A DNA stretch of 64,000 nt, from positions 1 through 64,000 of the forward strand of contig JAYWIR010000061.1 in the NCBI GenBank assembly GCA_036172245.1, in the 5' to 3' direction. Below are positions 62,255 through 64,000 of this stretch, piece after piece; the stretch's first letter is position 1, and each line of letters starts with the position of its first letter. The notes under the pieces are model-generated. The model made no database searches, was not told the DNA's origin, and saw only the letters and a list, made by a program, of their open reading frames with translations. This DNA comes from Raillietiella orientalis (taxonomy: Eukaryota). A program made the position numbers and the translations under genes.

Positions 62255-63472
62255 CATCTGGTCACACCAGGAAGTTTATTTCATAAAAATAAACCAGTTA
62301 GGAGCACGCTGGTTCCCAACCGAAGACAAAAGATGTTCAGGGGGAGGACACTCAGGTCCAGATATCTGAAAGTCTGGAACGGGAAGGAGGGGAAGAGGGA
62401 CAACAAAAAAGTGAAGAAATCTGGGAGGATTGGACGAGGGTTTTTGGGGTCGCTATGCATACACCAGAATGAAAATATGCAAACCGGAAAAGGTATGGAG
62501 AGAAAGAGATTGGGAAATTAAAAAAAGCCAAAAAAAATAAAGGGAGACTGGGAACAATGATCACCTGTGTCCACCGTTCCTTCACTTCAGAACCGGCACT
62601 AGATGCCGGAGTTCTCCTTGCAGGTGAGGCCACCTTGCCGCCTCATACAAACAGCTGCCATTCCGTTGACCTCCCTTTGCTGCGTCATCGTCTCGAGCAT
62701 GCGGCGAGCCGTGACGATGGCCCGGATGCAGCCAATGGTTGCGATCACCGCTCCCGTAGAGGGTCCTCCCGACGCGAAGAACCGTCTCGGCTGGTGCCCT
62801 CCTGGTTCAGGAGCGCTGCCTCCACCACAGTTCCCACCGGGCACCGCTGTCCAAATGCAGGTGAGGCGGGATCGACTCCGCCAACGCGCACGCAACGCGC
62901 ACCTGGCACAGTTCGGGGATGCTACCCCTATGGAAACGTTGTGCCGGAGCTCTTTTCACTGGAATTCCCAGTGGAGGAAGAGCAGCACAGACTGCTTTTC
63001 CAGGAGAGAAGGAACACTGATGCGTTCAGACATTGGGAAGGGACCACAAGCCCCTCGGGGACAACACTTAGAAGTGGATTTTACCGAAGGAGTTCCGTCT
63101 CCACGGTACGCTGAGTGGCAGCATCCACCAGCTCGCGCGTCTTTCAGACGCGAAGCAGTTTTGTTTTCTCTGCGATGGTGCAGGAAAGCTCACACCTCGC
63201 CGGTTGACAGCTGTCGCCGCTTGCCCTTAGGGCAGACAGCGCTGAGGCAAGGGGTGTCTACATCACCACATCTGAAGGTTGTGGTAGGAAGTGCCGCAGC
63301 GGTCGAAGCGCTTCCAGGGGTAACTCCTGAAATGCTTCCCAGGACTCCACAGACTTCTGCCGACAGGCATTTAAGTTCATCGGGAGGCAAAAGATTCATG
63401 GTTGGGCTTTCACTAGGAAGACTAGCTGTCTGAGGGGGAACTAGAAGCACCCCGTAATGAGTGCTCGGCAGC
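62255..63472 (-). mobile_element. 5'-truncated LINE copy 9, same subfamily as copy 2
   Basis: Colinear nucleotide similarity to 3900-5145 (gagcactcatta, accggcgaggtg, cgagctggtggatgctgccactc, gtgctgctcttcctccactgg, gcaaggtggcctcacctg). Ends AATAAAC-TTCCTGG-TGTGA-CCAGA-TG. Confidence 0.92.
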
Positions 63473-64000
63473 AAAAGAAGTGGTCCCTAAAACCAGATTG
63501 GTTATCAGCCATCTCTGGTTCCATGATCTGCGTCAGAACGATCGCCAAAAATTATTCTCTCCAGCAAACGGCAAGGAGTCAGTAGAGCTTGGATTCTGTC
63601 AGCGCTGCAAGGGGTGTTTGCATTCCTTCCGTCGCTCAAAAGAGTTTTACTTGGACCTGTTTTATTTTCGATACGAGCTCCTCGAAAAAATCTCTGGAGT
63701 GACGTAATGGAAGACTTTCCGGATAGCAACACGGGTTGGCCACCATTAGAATCGACAGCTGAGGAACGAAAACCGAAGGTCCTCTTGGTGTCTCTTGTTC
63801 TTTCAGGATCGTTCAGTGTGGCTTTCCAGATGAACGTTGCGAGGCGTTTTGCATGCAAATTATCGAAGAAGCAAAAGAAAGAAGAGTGAATTCGGAGAAG
63901 ACCATCTTGAGACGAGAAGTCTTTTAGTTTCCCGAGTAGAAAGCTTGGAAGGTGATGCAACACAAATGATGACCCAGTATAATGGTGAAACTACTGGGAT

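Noticed and set aside
62603..63433. 276-aa plus-strand ORF (likewise 26104-26745 and 52615-53112)
   Set aside because: These are antisense shadows of minus-strand LINE ORF2 fragments.
1..64000. CRISPR arrays, rRNA genes, prokaryotic operons or telomeric repeats
   Set aside because: No regularly spaced repeat-spacer structure, rRNA signature, dense ORF packing or telomere arrays were seen.

Overview
Eukaryotic, repeat-rich and gene-poor window of roughly balanced GC, with long A/T homopolymers, a (CA)n microsatellite and GT-AG-type splice signals. The organism cannot be identified from the sequence. The only well-supported coding feature is the RT plus C-terminal zinc-finger half of an L1/Tx1-type non-LTR retrotransposon ORF2 (1-2251, +, running off the left edge). 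Eight further truncated, degenerate copies of related LINEs lie on both strands. Five LINE 3' ends lack a poly(A) tail and instead show AATAAA followed by a GC stem-loop with compensatory changes. A second repeat family (4 copies) begins with a 76-nt tRNA-like head and continues into a decayed Ty3/Gypsy-gag-like frame. Several other gag-like remnants occur, with no recognisable LTR pol. LINE copies repeatedly sit inside or against these gag-like elements, two with candidate target-site duplications. The rest is mostly decayed minus-strand gene-like sequence, including a weak stonustoxin/MACPF-like fragment. No intact host gene could be confidently called. All homology calls are by-eye motif recognition, not database results.
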